A DNA stretch of 64,000 nt from positions 1 to 64,000 of IMG/VR virus record IMGVR_UViG_3300020477_001611. One strand, 5' to 3'. The notes under the pieces were generated by a model that worked only from the letters and a program-made list of their open reading frames with translations, was not told the DNA's origin and made no database searches. Origin of the DNA: a virus. Positions 16,676 to 26,055 of this stretch are shown piece after piece. Every line of letters begins with the position of its first letter. The first letter of the stretch is position 1. The position numbers were made by a program, and so were the translations under genes.

Positions 16676-19600
16676 TTAATCCTCAAAAGCTGCTCCAGTA
16701 TTAGTGATAACAAAGTCAATTGCAACAAATTCGATTGCCCTCGTGGGCTTCAAAAACACCTTTGCGTATAAGACATTTCTATCAATGAGGTCCGGGGTTG
16801 TGGTTGTTTCATCCAAAATCAACTTGTAATCATCCAGACCAAATCGCGCTTTCACGTCTGCCAAGAAGGGTTCTGCCTGACCGATGAACCTAGCCCACGT
16901 CTGGCGCACATTCGGCTCAAACAAGAGACCACTAGCTATTTGAGAAATTCCCTTTTTGACAAAGAGCATTAAGCGGCGAACATTAATACGATCCAGCGCA
17001 CTTCTTGTAACCTGTAGCGTCTTTTGACCAAAGATAACGATACCTTCGTTGGGGAAGGTTGCAATTGGATTAATGTTGGCCTTATAAAGGTCGTCACGGT
17101 CCTGTGCAGTAAGCTTCTTTGTAACACTGACCACGGGCAAGCCTGCAACGCCGGTTGATAAGCCTCCACGATTAAAGCCGGCCGGGGCGAACCATGGGGC
17201 GCGGACTCTATCTGTGTAAGCCATGGCCCCCAGAGCCACAACGGACGAAGGCATGTAAACCAATTTACTGCTAGCCGGGTCTCTTACCTGTACAAATGGG
17301 AAGTAAGCGCACCCATAGCTAGAATTAATTCCACGATTTTTAAGGTTTGTGATCGTGTTACTAATATCCGGGTAAGTAATGCCGTCATTGCCCTCATCGG
17401 CTGGAACGAAATCGCCCTTCAAATCAATAATGGCCAAGGCGTCTGCACGAGACTCGGCGGTCTGAATGAGATGGTATGTCAAGCTTTCGTTTGTGATGCC
17501 CGGGCAAGTTATCAAATTGTATTCAAAGAACTCAGAATCACGCGTAAGGTCAATTGATTCCTTGATTGTATTATAGGCATAATTTGTGCTTGGGGCACCG
17601 TCTAATAACTTGGTATTTCTAAATGGGTTTTGTTCCGTAATGTCTAAGCCATCGGCACCTGCAGCAAGGGGAATCGTAAACTTATTAATTGTTTTATCCA
17701 AAATCGACTTGTAATCATTGCCACTTTGGACAGAGACTGAGTCTCCTGCAACATAAGATCCAGAGGTCCAAACGAATTCATTCTTATTCGTATCTGGTTG
17801 GACGATTTCATCCATAGTGAAGACAAATTGATAATCCGTTTTGTCAGCAGAGCTTGGAGTATATAAACTACTCAAGTTTGAACTTAAAGGCCTGTTGAGA
17901 TCGATATAGTCACCATTAAAGCGCGGGTTTGTCTTTGATTTTCCAGACCAAGCACCCCAATAAGCGTTTGTATAATCCGGAACGTCGTCCTGCGACGAAC
18001 TCATACGAAGCTCATGTGCTGGGAAAAGCAGTTTAAGCCGCATTTCAGAATAATTCACGCCGTCGCTGCCCGTGGCTGTTTCTCCAAAACCAGAGCCGGT
18101 AAAAACGCTCAACATGCCCGGGCTCGTATTGCCTGCGCTTTGTTCCGCTGGCTGCCACACGCCATTGGTGGCACCGCCGCTTAAATAAAGCTTGGCGCGT
18201 AAAGCGTGGTCAAAGGCACCCGAAAGATTTGAGAGATAATTAATGTTGATGTCATAGGGCTTAATAGGACCAAAGTAGCCAAAGGGAAGGTATTCTTCAT
18301 TGGTTTGAGCACCGTCGACCGCTGCATTCATTTCGATGCGAATAAGTTTGGAACGGTTTGGCCAAGTCCCTTCAGTTGTTAAGCGTCGTGTGGTAGAATT
18401 AAAATACACATATTGATCGCCAATTTTAGCTGCAACATAATTTTCTGAATTGGGGTTAAGGTTGCAATTACTAAAGCGCTCTAAGATTATGGGCGCGGTA
18501 TCAGTATCGGTAGCATCTCGGACGAGTACATCAAAGGTCCCGTACTTATTAAATTGATCACTAGAATAGTCAACGTTGGTGATTGAAACCTTTAAATTCT
18601 TATTGGCCCAGTCGCCATAATCAAGCGCTACAAACTTAAATAATTTCTGTTGAGTAGTGTACTTATAATTAGCTTTATCAGCCACTGCGTCAAGAGTTTG
18701 CGCAAAAACCCAGCCGCTACGCGCATTGTTTCGGCTTTCTTTACCAGAGACCGTTCCGTCTTCGAAAGGAGTTTGTCGGGTGCCAAAGTTGTCTGCGGCG
18801 CTGGCCGAAGCCAGTGGTAAGATTAACCCAATGTAAGGGGCTGAAGCATCCCAATGCGACGCTGATGGCGTTGTGGAATCTCCCTGTGTGGCTCTCACGG
18901 CGCCCGGGCCTTCGTTCACGTCGGCGTCGGCGTTGCCCCGGGCCTTCTTCATCAAGAAGTTGTTAGCATAAGTCTCACCAAGCCAATAGCGCTCTCTTGA
19001 GCCCGAAGCTACGATATCTTTGTTAACCAAGGTTGGATTGGTATTAAAAACTTTGCGAGCATAATTTGAATCTGTGTCCGTCAGTGAAAACTTAATAACG
19101 CGGTTGGGGTAATCAGTATTGCTTCCCGTAATAGACACGGTAAAAGCACCATTGCTATCAGAAAAGATTAAGCGATTGGAGCCACTGGCAAAAGCATCAG
19201 TAGTACTAGCTGTCGCAGCGCTAGAGTTTGCATTACCGACAAGGCCCATGTATCCATCTTCCACGTACCAAACTGCCGTCAAAGATCCCGTAACAGAAAA
19301 ACTAGCGGTGAAGGCCGAAGAAGCACTAATTTCATTTGGCAAAACCCAAAGACCATAAGCGCTTCCGCTCCTTCCAAGCTGGGCAGCGTCGGCCGTTAAA
19401 GTGGGCGTGGCGTGTGCAGTGAGACGATTGCTGAGCACCCAGCCAGCCTCGCCGGCCGAGGTCGCATCTTTATTCTTGGAACCAAGGAGGCGCACATAGG
19501 TCAAGGGAGAAGAATTTCTCAACCAAGCTTGTGCGGCAAAGGGCCCATAAGTGGGAGACATGGTGTTCTCATTGCGCCACACATCATCGCCCTTTCCGCC

Positions 19601-19792
19601 GGCTGCCGGCTCACCAAAAATATTTATAAAATCTGCGTATGAATCAACAGTCACTGGTCGTAAGGCCGGCCCTTTGAGGGAGCGGCCGATAACCATAGGC
19701 CCTATTTCTCTTGGCTCGTTAGGCAACTGCGAATTGTCTATCTCATTAATAAAAACCCCGGGGGAAACAAATTTAAATTTTCTTATGCTCAT
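16676..19792 (-). CDS. Tail sheath protein (gp18-like), 1038 aa
   Basis: FVSPGVFINEID; PWFAPAGFNRG; INPIATFP; FGQKTL; RINVRRL; FEPN. Confidence 0.96.
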   Translation of the reverse strand: MSIRKFKFVSPGVFINEIDNSQLPNEPREIGPMVIGRSLKGPALRPVTVDSYADFINIFGEPAAGGKGDDVWRNENTMSPTYGPFAAQAWLRNSSPLTYVRLLGSKNKDATSAGEAGWVLSNRLTAHATPTLTADAAQLGRSGSAYGLWVLPNEISASSAFTASFSVTGSLTAVWYVEDGYMGLVGNANSSAATASTTDAFASGSNRLIFSDSNGAFTVSITGSNTDYPNRVIKFSLTDTDSNYARKVFNTNPTLVNKDIVASGSRERYWLGETYANNFLMKKARGNADADVNEGPGAVRATQGDSTTPSASHWDASAPYIGLILPLASASAADNFGTRQTPFEDGTVSGKESRNNARSGWVFAQTLDAVADKANYKYTTQQKLFKFVALDYGDWANKNLKVSITNVDYSSDQFNKYGTFDVLVRDATDTDTAPIILERFSNCNLNPNSENYVAAKIGDQYVYFNSTTRRLTTEGTWPNRSKLIRIEMNAAVDGAQTNEEYLPFGYFGPIKPYDININYLSNLSGAFDHALRAKLYLSGGATNGVWQPAEQSAGNTSPGMLSVFTGSGFGETATGSDGVNYSEMRLKLLFPAHELRMSSSQDDVPDYTNAYWGAWSGKSKTNPRFNGDYIDLNRPLSSNLSSLYTPSSADKTDYQFVFTMDEIVQPDTNKNEFVWTSGSYVAGDSVSVQSGNDYKSILDKTINKFTIPLAAGADGLDITEQNPFRNTKLLDGAPSTNYAYNTIKESIDLTRDSEFFEYNLITCPGITNESLTYHLIQTAESRADALAIIDLKGDFVPADEGNDGITYPDISNTITNLKNRGINSSYGCAYFPFVQVRDPASSKLVYMPSSVVALGAMAYTDRVRAPWFAPAGFNRGGLSTGVAGLPVVSVTKKLTAQDRDDLYKANINPIATFPNEGIVIFGQKTLQVTRSALDRINVRRLMLFVKKGISQIASGLLFEPNVRQTWARFIGQAEPFLADVKARFGLDDYKLILDETTTTPDLIDRNVLYAKVFLKPTRAIEFVAIDFVITNTGAAFED

Positions 19793-19823
19793 TTAGAACT
19801 CTCCCAAAAACACTTTCTCTATG

Positions 19824-19833
19824 TATAAATAGT
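19824..19833 (-). promoter_or_regulatory. Candidate late promoter (ACTATTTATA)
   Basis: Intergenic, upstream of the sheath. Confidence 0.6.
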
Positions 19834-19853
19834 TTTTGAAAGGTCAAAAACCT

Positions 19854-20837
19854 CTAGGGTCGATATGGATCTTTTTCTTCTCGATTAACAATGCCATATT
19901 CATTTATGTCGCCCAATATTACGCGTTCGCGAGGAAATTTAATTTCTACAGCGTTTTCGTACTTGGCAACTTTTGGGCCAGCTTGGCTATCAGGGGCGCC
20001 CATGAGATAACCCAAGACATTAATTGATAAAGTAGATTCATAAACTCTTTCATTGTTCGCCATGGTCGCGATATTGTTTCTTATGCCATACTGCGGACTA
20101 ATAAAAGCCTCGTATTCATGCCCATCCGAACTTATTATAAATTGATTGATATTATTACTATAAACTAAAAAAGGCGAAAGTATTTCATTCATCTGCTGTT
20201 GATACTCTGCGCGTAGGCGAATGTTATAGGTGATATCATGATATATAGGGAGCGGCACCACTGAATATTCATAAACAACTTTTTCATTTTTATACTTAAA
20301 GGTATCCTGTTTAAATAACCTTAGTGCATTTGCATTTGCAAAATTTCTTGTTTTCGACTGTTTTATTTTTTTTGATAAAACAAAAGCAGTTCCATCCTCA
20401 CTTTTAAATATTTGTGCGGGAATGGGGCGCTTATTGGATGGAGTTTTAGCCACGGTTGTTCTTTCAATCGAAACCAACGGAAATATCAAAGCTTCAGATT
20501 TCTGAGATCTTAAGTCTTTGTCATTTTTCACTTGAAAAGCACGCTCTGTCATCCACATGATAGGAACGGTTTTCCAGCCTTTATTAGTGGTTGCCTCTGG
20601 CGTCACCTTATTTTTAACCCATTCGTAAAGAGCCTTGTCAATGGTCTCAAAAGTGGAGGGCACAAGAACATCATAGCGAGGTGTATGAATAAATTTTATC
20701 AACTCTTCCTTGCTGGAACATGGATAATAGCTCATCCCGACTTTGTGAAAGTTTCGACACTTAAGGCGCTGGGCTTCATAGAGCGCAGACCTTTTGTTGT
20801 TAAAGGCATAATTTTTCAGTATATTATTACTGGCCAT
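19854..20837 (-). CDS. Putative tail terminator / sheath stabilizer (gp15-like)
   Basis: Between neck and sheath; VPIMW..ER, FPLVSIER, P...DITYNI...QQQMNEIL. Start reassigned to ATG 20837 (MASNN). Confidence 0.65.
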   Translation of the reverse strand: MASNNILKNYAFNNKRSALYEAQRLKCRNFHKVGMSYYPCSSKEELIKFIHTPRYDVLVPSTFETIDKALYEWVKNKVTPEATTNKGWKTVPIMWMTERAFQVKNDKDLRSQKSEALIFPLVSIERTTVAKTPSNKRPIPAQIFKSEDGTAFVLSKKIKQSKTRNFANANALRLFKQDTFKYKNEKVVYEYSVVPLPIYHDITYNIRLRAEYQQQMNEILSPFLVYSNNINQFIISSDGHEYEAFISPQYGIRNNIATMANNERVYESTLSINVLGYLMGAPDSQAGPKVAKYENAVEIKFPRERVILGDINEYGIVNREEKDPYRP

Positions 20838-21315
20838 CAAATTTTCCCTCTCTTGCCATAATGCAAGTAGCACTTATTTCAAAACTACTATCAGGATCAT
20901 CAAAAAGAAGCTTTCCTTCATCCAAAGCTACAATTTCAAAAAACAAATCACCATATTTAACAAAATCGCCAACCCTCACATATAAATTTTGATCTTCGGT
21001 TAGTCGGCGTCGATGGAAATTTACTGTTATAGAAGGCCTTCGATCAATTCCATAGGGTGTATACTCGGTCCTAGATCCATTCCACTTCACGCGTGCATAT
21101 ACCCGAATTGGATTGTCGTAGGTTTTGTTAATGGCCTCCCCATACAATTCATGGTAATCAGTTTTTTCTATGCTTATTGGGAAATATAAGATTTGCTGTC
21201 CTACAACCCTTTCTAAGACCTCGTCGTTTATTTGCTTAACAAAATTCTTTTCTTTATCACCAGTGAAAAGAGGGGGCGGTGGATTATCTAATCTTTTCCA
21301 TCTATCATCTGCCAT
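20827..21315 (-). CDS. Putative neck / head-closure protein (gp14-like)
   Basis: GQQILYFP...ELYGEA...VRVGDFVKY...FFEI; synteny. Confidence 0.7.
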   Translation of the reverse strand: MADDRWKRLDNPPPPLFTGDKEKNFVKQINDEVLERVVGQQILYFPISIEKTDYHELYGEAINKTYDNPIRVYARVKWNGSRTEYTPYGIDRRPSITVNFHRRRLTEDQNLYVRVGDFVKYGDLFFEIVALDEGKLLFDDPDSSFEISATCIMAREGKFDGQ

Positions 21316-21319
21316 TCAT

Positions 21320-22615
21320 TTATCCCACAAAGACCGGAACAGGCACTTGCTTTAAAGTCTCTGCCACATCCTTATTAAGCTTGGCATCCCTTTCAGCCAA
21401 CTTGGCATATGTTAACTCATCCAAGATTTTAATAAGCTCATCACGAAGAGCGCTTTGTTCTGCTTTGGCCTGACTCAACAAATCTGCCGCATTTAAATTA
21501 ACATTGCCACCGGGCAATGGGATGGTATTGCCTAGTTTACCGCGTATTTGGCCCAACATCTCTTTCGACAGCGCCAGTGCATATCGGCGTATCCACTGTT
21601 TTCCTATTGAATTTATATTAGCAAAGGGAATATTGGCAAAGGGTAGTGTGTTCATATTATTAATGCCTTCTGCCCCTTCGCGCTTATCACTGTATTCTTC
21701 CCATGAATCTTTTTGCACTGTAAAAGTAAACCAAAACTTTTCTGGTGAAGACTGAATGGGCTCGGGAAATAGTCTTAGTTTGTTATTATGTATCTCATAT
21801 GAATAGTTTGACACTCTAGTCCTAATTGAATCTTCATACATTATAGCTTGTAATTTATTTTGCCACGTTGGGATGACCTCAAATTGAGAATCATCAGAAT
21901 ATTGTCCATAAGTTGACATATTTCCAATAACGTTTAAACCTCCGTAATAAGCAAAGAATCGCCACATAGAGCGAGGCGTCCTGTAAAACACCTCTCTAAT
22001 CGTAATTTTATTATTGCCAACAACATCTCCTGAGCCGGTTAAGCCGTCAACTAATTCACCGGATGCCACGCTTTGTGAAACAATACTTTGCAAATCATAG
22101 TCTTGAATGCTTGCTGTGGTTGAAAAAGACGCCGAATAAACATTTAAATCGCCGTTGAGATCAGCCTGAGTGGCGATGCCCGATGCTGCTCGTTGAGCAT
22201 ATTGAAACGTGTAACGAGGGAATCTTAAAGAAACATCTGAGCCACTTAAAGCATGGCCGCTCGTTATTTGACCATCTTGGTCAAAACTTGCCGTTGTGTT
22301 GCCTAATAAATCCCCCAATGAATTCTTTGCCTGATGGACATTGACAATATAAGAATACTCCAAACATGCCTCTTCATAGGCGGCGTACACATTATATTCA
22401 GTAATTTCGATATCAAGAACATCACCACCCAGCTTTTTATACACGTATCCAACTTGATCGGAGGCCCCCGAGATAAAGCTAGTATTACCAGCCAAACTCA
22501 TATAAATTCCCACCGGAAGAGGATTGGTTGTCGAATTAACATTTGATGTAGTTCCAGTAATGGGCAATATAGATTTATTACTTGTGCTAGCTGGTGTTAA
22601 AGTTGGAAGAGCCAT
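21320..22615 (-). CDS. Putative neck / adaptor protein (gp13-like)
   Basis: KKLGGDVLDIEIT; WIRRYALALSKEMLGQIRGK...LPGGNVNLN, resembling the gp13 C-terminus. Confidence 0.8.
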   Translation of the reverse strand: MALPTLTPASTSNKSILPITGTTSNVNSTTNPLPVGIYMSLAGNTSFISGASDQVGYVYKKLGGDVLDIEITEYNVYAAYEEACLEYSYIVNVHQAKNSLGDLLGNTTASFDQDGQITSGHALSGSDVSLRFPRYTFQYAQRAASGIATQADLNGDLNVYSASFSTTASIQDYDLQSIVSQSVASGELVDGLTGSGDVVGNNKITIREVFYRTPRSMWRFFAYYGGLNVIGNMSTYGQYSDDSQFEVIPTWQNKLQAIMYEDSIRTRVSNYSYEIHNNKLRLFPEPIQSSPEKFWFTFTVQKDSWEEYSDKREGAEGINNMNTLPFANIPFANINSIGKQWIRRYALALSKEMLGQIRGKLGNTIPLPGGNVNLNAADLLSQAKAEQSALRDELIKILDELTYAKLAERDAKLNKDVAETLKQVPVPVFVG

Positions 22616-22634
22616 ATACTTATCTCCTAATCAC

Positions 22635-22644
22635 TATAAATAGT
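22635..22644 (-). promoter_or_regulatory. Candidate late promoter (ACTATTTATA)
   Basis: Intergenic, followed by an AGGAG RBS and the neck gene ATG. Confidence 0.6.
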
Positions 22645-22652
22645 TATATAAT

Positions 22653-22688
22653 GAAAGAACCCCCTTGCCATTTTAGCAAAGAGGTTCT
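22653..22688 (-). terminator. Intrinsic terminator after the small basic gene
   Basis: Minus strand AGAACCTCTTTGC...GCAAGGGGGTTCT (13 bp with two G-U pairs), then TTCAT. Confidence 0.6.
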
Positions 22689-22708
22689 ATAGGTATCTTT
22701 TTATTTAT

Positions 22709-22927
22709 TTACTTTTTTGTTTTTGGCTTGTGAGAGGGCGCCCTTGCATAAGATTTTGCTTTAGGCGCAGCTTTAGGCGCAGCTTTCGGTGCTGCTTTCG
22801 GTGCTGCTTTCGGTGCTGCTTTAAGCACCGGAGTTTCTTTAGGTGTGGCCTTTGATTCCGAAGCCTTTGGCGCCGCGGCGGCCTTCTTCTTAGCCGCCAA
22901 CCACATTTTCTTCTTTTTCTTACCCAT
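22709..22927 (-). CDS. Small Lys/Ala/Pro-rich (histone H1-like) protein
   Basis: 72 aa with (KAAP)x5; GGGGAG RBS; own motif promoter and terminator. Confidence 0.75.
   Translation of the reverse strand: MGKKKKKMWLAAKKKAAAAPKASESKATPKETPVLKAAPKAAPKAAPKAAPKAAPKAKSYARAPSHKPKTKK
22758..22822. repeat. Coding 12-bp tandem repeat, about 5 copies
   Basis: gctttaggcgca x2 and gctttcggtgct x3, encoding KAAP. Confidence 0.85.
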
Positions 22928-22945
22928 AATAAGTCTCCCCTTTAA

Positions 22946-22955
22946 TATAAATAGT
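22946..22955 (-). promoter_or_regulatory. Candidate late promoter (ACTATTTATA)
   Basis: Just downstream of the capsid terminator, upstream of the basic protein gene. Confidence 0.6.
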
Positions 22956-22962
22956 TCTCCAT

Positions 22963-22993
22963 AAAAGAAAACCCCCGCTCCGAAGAGCGGGGG
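22963..22993 (-). terminator. Intrinsic terminator after the major capsid gene
   Basis: Minus strand CCCCCGCTC-TTCG-GAGCGGGGG-TTTTCTTTT. Confidence 0.9.
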
Positions 22994-23029
22994 CCGGAAT
23001 ATAATTCCTAGATGATTAGATCACCTGAC

Positions 23030-24898
23030 TTAGCCGCCAGACTCACCATTCAGTCCGCGCACGACAACAACGCCGTACATATCAGGACGGACCATCTTCT
23101 TGGCGTAACGAGTCAGCACACCCTTGCGAGGCGTGAAGTCTTCGACACCGAAGATGGTGGGCGTGACCTGCAGCGGAACATAAGGAGCGTACACATAGCC
23201 ACTTTCAAGGAAGCTATTGCCCTTACGGCCACACAGGACCAAGTTTCTCGGGAAGTAGGGGTCAATATAGACATCCCACTTCTTCGAAATGTTACCCACT
23301 TTGACAGCACCAGCCATGCCATTATCATCAACCGAGACCTGAGCACGGAACCCAGCGGTGAATTCCAGAATGCTAGCAACCTCGGGTGAAGTCACGATAA
23401 AGTTGGCGCCGCCGCGAAGCGTCTTACGGTGAATGCGGGCCGACACGTCATTGATCGTCTCAATGAGAGTCTCGTACCATTCACTAACCGTTCCGGTGAA
23501 GTCCGGAGCAAGGGCCGAAGCACCAATTTCCGCACCAGTTTCACGATTAACGAACAGACCCGGCGATCGGGACCAGTAAAGAACACCACCAGTAGCACCC
23601 TTGACCAGATCGTTAACGATTTCACGATCGATCTCAAGTGCAACCTGCTCAGACAGAATGCCCGTCAACTCAACTTCAGCGTCGAGATTGTGGTAAGCAT
23701 TCAAGTCCTGACCAAGCTCTGGCGACCACTTAGCCTTAAGCTTCTTGGTCGTTGCGGTAACAGCCACGGAATCAACTTTGATGTCGATCTCGGGAATGTC
23801 ATTACGCTGATCGGCCCACGCTGGCGTTGCAGCCAACGTACCTTCCAATAAGAACTGCGAGCCGACGACCGCGCCCGGAACACCGGTAACGGTGCCATAG
23901 GAATCATCAGTGGCAAAGACAAAGTTGTCGTTCCACGTTCCAGTCACGGAAGTTGCAAGTGCTTGGATCACATTGGCACGCGACCAAGAACCATCGGTCA
24001 TCGAGGCCGTTGATTGGTACACGAGCATGATTGTCTCACGATCACTTTCTGCACCAGTAAGATCCGATAAGCGCCTAGTTAAACGACGAACCTGCGTTCC
24101 GCAGATACCGTTTTCACTAGATGACACCTTAGCCAAGGTGCCGGCTGCAACTTCGGAGCCAATACCAGAAGCCGCACCGGAAAGCGTAATCGAGATAAAG
24201 TTATCTTCATCAAGATTGCTAAAGGTGGACATCGGTGTGGTAACACACATCAAAGCCGACCCAGAAACATCCGGGTCATATTGAAGCAACTGCTGCCATC
24301 GAGTCTGGCTGGCCGAATCAGCAGGACTGTTCGTTGTAACCATCTCATCACTTGTACCCGAAGCCCAAAGGGTGAGGGTAGCATCTTCTGCTTTCTGCTG
24401 AGTAGACGAATAACCTTGATTTAAGCTGTAAAAAGAAAGCTCGTCAAAATCGACGGCGTCTTGAACAGTAAGGCTAACACCACCCGTAATCTGCGAGCCG
24501 ACCGCATCGCCGCCATACAGCGAACTATCCTTGGGGTAGCCACCAGCACTATCAGCAGTGCCGAAGGTGAAGTCCAAGAAGAAGATGAGGCCCGAGGGCA
24601 AGCTCATCGGCTGGACGCTAACAAGATCATTAGCGATCAGGCCACCGAAAACACGACGCACGATCGGGAATGCAACTGCTGCAAAACCCTGAACGTCGCC
24701 AGCGGCCATCGTTGAAGCTTCACGAAGAAGCTCTTTGGCTTGGTTCTCTAAAAGAACGGCCATGTTGTTTTTATGACGATCATCTCCCAGTCCTTCTAAA
24801 AGGCCAGTGGACTCCCACTTATTAAGTAGGGCCGCACCTTCCTTCTGGAGATCACGAGAAACAATGTTTTCTGTCAATCTTTCAATAATTGTAGACAT
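23030..24898 (-). CDS. Major capsid protein (T4 gp23-like)
   Basis: FPIVRRVF, VSVQPMSLPSGLIF, KLKAKWSPELGQDLNAYHNLDAEVEL, EIDREI, GYVYAPYVPL, FTPRKGVLTRY. Confidence 0.97.
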   Translation of the reverse strand: MSTIIERLTENIVSRDLQKEGAALLNKWESTGLLEGLGDDRHKNNMAVLLENQAKELLREASTMAAGDVQGFAAVAFPIVRRVFGGLIANDLVSVQPMSLPSGLIFFLDFTFGTADSAGGYPKDSSLYGGDAVGSQITGGVSLTVQDAVDFDELSFYSLNQGYSSTQQKAEDATLTLWASGTSDEMVTTNSPADSASQTRWQQLLQYDPDVSGSALMCVTTPMSTFSNLDEDNFISITLSGAASGIGSEVAAGTLAKVSSSENGICGTQVRRLTRRLSDLTGAESDRETIMLVYQSTASMTDGSWSRANVIQALATSVTGTWNDNFVFATDDSYGTVTGVPGAVVGSQFLLEGTLAATPAWADQRNDIPEIDIKVDSVAVTATTKKLKAKWSPELGQDLNAYHNLDAEVELTGILSEQVALEIDREIVNDLVKGATGGVLYWSRSPGLFVNRETGAEIGASALAPDFTGTVSEWYETLIETINDVSARIHRKTLRGGANFIVTSPEVASILEFTAGFRAQVSVDDNGMAGAVKVGNISKKWDVYIDPYFPRNLVLCGRKGNSFLESGYVYAPYVPLQVTPTIFGVEDFTPRKGVLTRYAKKMVRPDMYGVVVVRGLNGESGG

Positions 24899-24927
24899 AA
24901 TTGTTTTTCCTCCATGTTAAAATAATG

Positions 24928-25977
24928 TCAATCATTATCTTTTGTTATCCCTGCCAGTACTTGCCATCGAGTAGACGCGGGCTTTGTAGCCTTTGCCTCT
25001 TTGGGCTTTTGGGCATGAATAAGTAAAGATGAAGAGGTTCGTTTTCCTACTGCTTCACTCAGTGATTCTGGCTTCGCCTTAGACGATGGGCCCACTGCGC
25101 CTTGAAGAGTTTCATAAACTATCTCCGCTTGCTCAGATGACTGAGCTTTGTTGATGGACTCGACAACTGTTTGTTTTTGTCGCTCATTCAGGGAGTCGTC
25201 CACAAGTACTTTGTTAGTATAAAGCAGTTTTGCGTTATACAACTCGACTTCTTTAAATTTTTCTGCAATCTTTCTTAAGTTAGAATTTAACTTTTTGTTT
25301 TCTTCTAAAAGCTTCGCATTTGTTTTACTAAACTTTTTATGTTCTTTCTTAAGGTTTTCGTTCTCTGCTTCAAGCTCTCCATTGTATTCTTCAATTTGTT
25401 TTAACACATCTAGTACAATAGACTCTTGCTTCTTTTGAGCAATTGTGGCCCCGTAAGCCCGAGTGCCGCCAACAGGGACGCCTTCATAATCCATTCGGAG
25501 AGTTTCCATAAGCTCATCGGCTTCTTCATCTGTAATTTCTACTTCTTCGTCTTCCTCAACGATCATAGAATCATCATCTCCAGCGTCCTCTTCGCCGGCC
25601 TCTTCCAGAGCCTCTACTTCGGCGGCCTCGGCCAACAAGTCTTCAATATTAATATCTACTTCCTCGCCCTCTTCCAATTCACTTAATTCAGTTCCTTCAA
25701 GAAAAGCATAGGCATCACCCTTTTCATCAGCCTCGGCCAACTGCTCATCAACCGCGCTCTTGACATCAACATCTTCTGGCGCATCTTGGCCAAAAGATGT
25801 TGCGGTAGCTCCCTGATCTTGTTCATTAAGCGAATCTAAATCCTCTTCCAAAAGCTGATCTACCGCGTCTTTAATATGTGAAGAATATTTTTGTATAACC
25901 GCCTGCTCTGCACTCTTAACTGCGGCTTCCCGCAAAGAGGTGGCATCTACGATTGCTTGTTCTAACATTGTTGACAT
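24928..25977 (-). CDS. Prohead core / scaffold protein (gp22-like)
   Basis: Acidic coiled coil with many LxE/IxE sites, immediately upstream of the major capsid gene; ends RWQVLAGI. Confidence 0.75.
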   Translation of the reverse strand: MSTMLEQAIVDATSLREAAVKSAEQAVIQKYSSHIKDAVDQLLEEDLDSLNEQDQGATATSFGQDAPEDVDVKSAVDEQLAEADEKGDAYAFLEGTELSELEEGEEVDINIEDLLAEAAEVEALEEAGEEDAGDDDSMIVEEDEEVEITDEEADELMETLRMDYEGVPVGGTRAYGATIAQKKQESIVLDVLKQIEEYNGELEAENENLKKEHKKFSKTNAKLLEENKKLNSNLRKIAEKFKEVELYNAKLLYTNKVLVDDSLNERQKQTVVESINKAQSSEQAEIVYETLQGAVGPSSKAKPESLSEAVGKRTSSSLLIHAQKPKEAKATKPASTRWQVLAGITKDND

Positions 25978-26003
25978 TAAGGACTCTCCTTATTATTACT
26001 CTT

Positions 26004-26013
26004 AATAAATAGT
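26004..26013 (-). promoter_or_regulatory. Candidate late promoter (ACTATTTATT)
   Basis: Intergenic, upstream of the AGGAG RBS of the scaffold/capsid operon. Confidence 0.6.
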
Positions 26014-26055
26014 AATTAAAATTTTAAAATGACTTAGGCGAACACAATGACTCTT

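Noticed and set aside
22758-22822. Tandem repeat as a CRISPR array or origin iterons
   Set aside because: 12-bp units with no spacers, in frame, with synonymous variation: a coding repeat.
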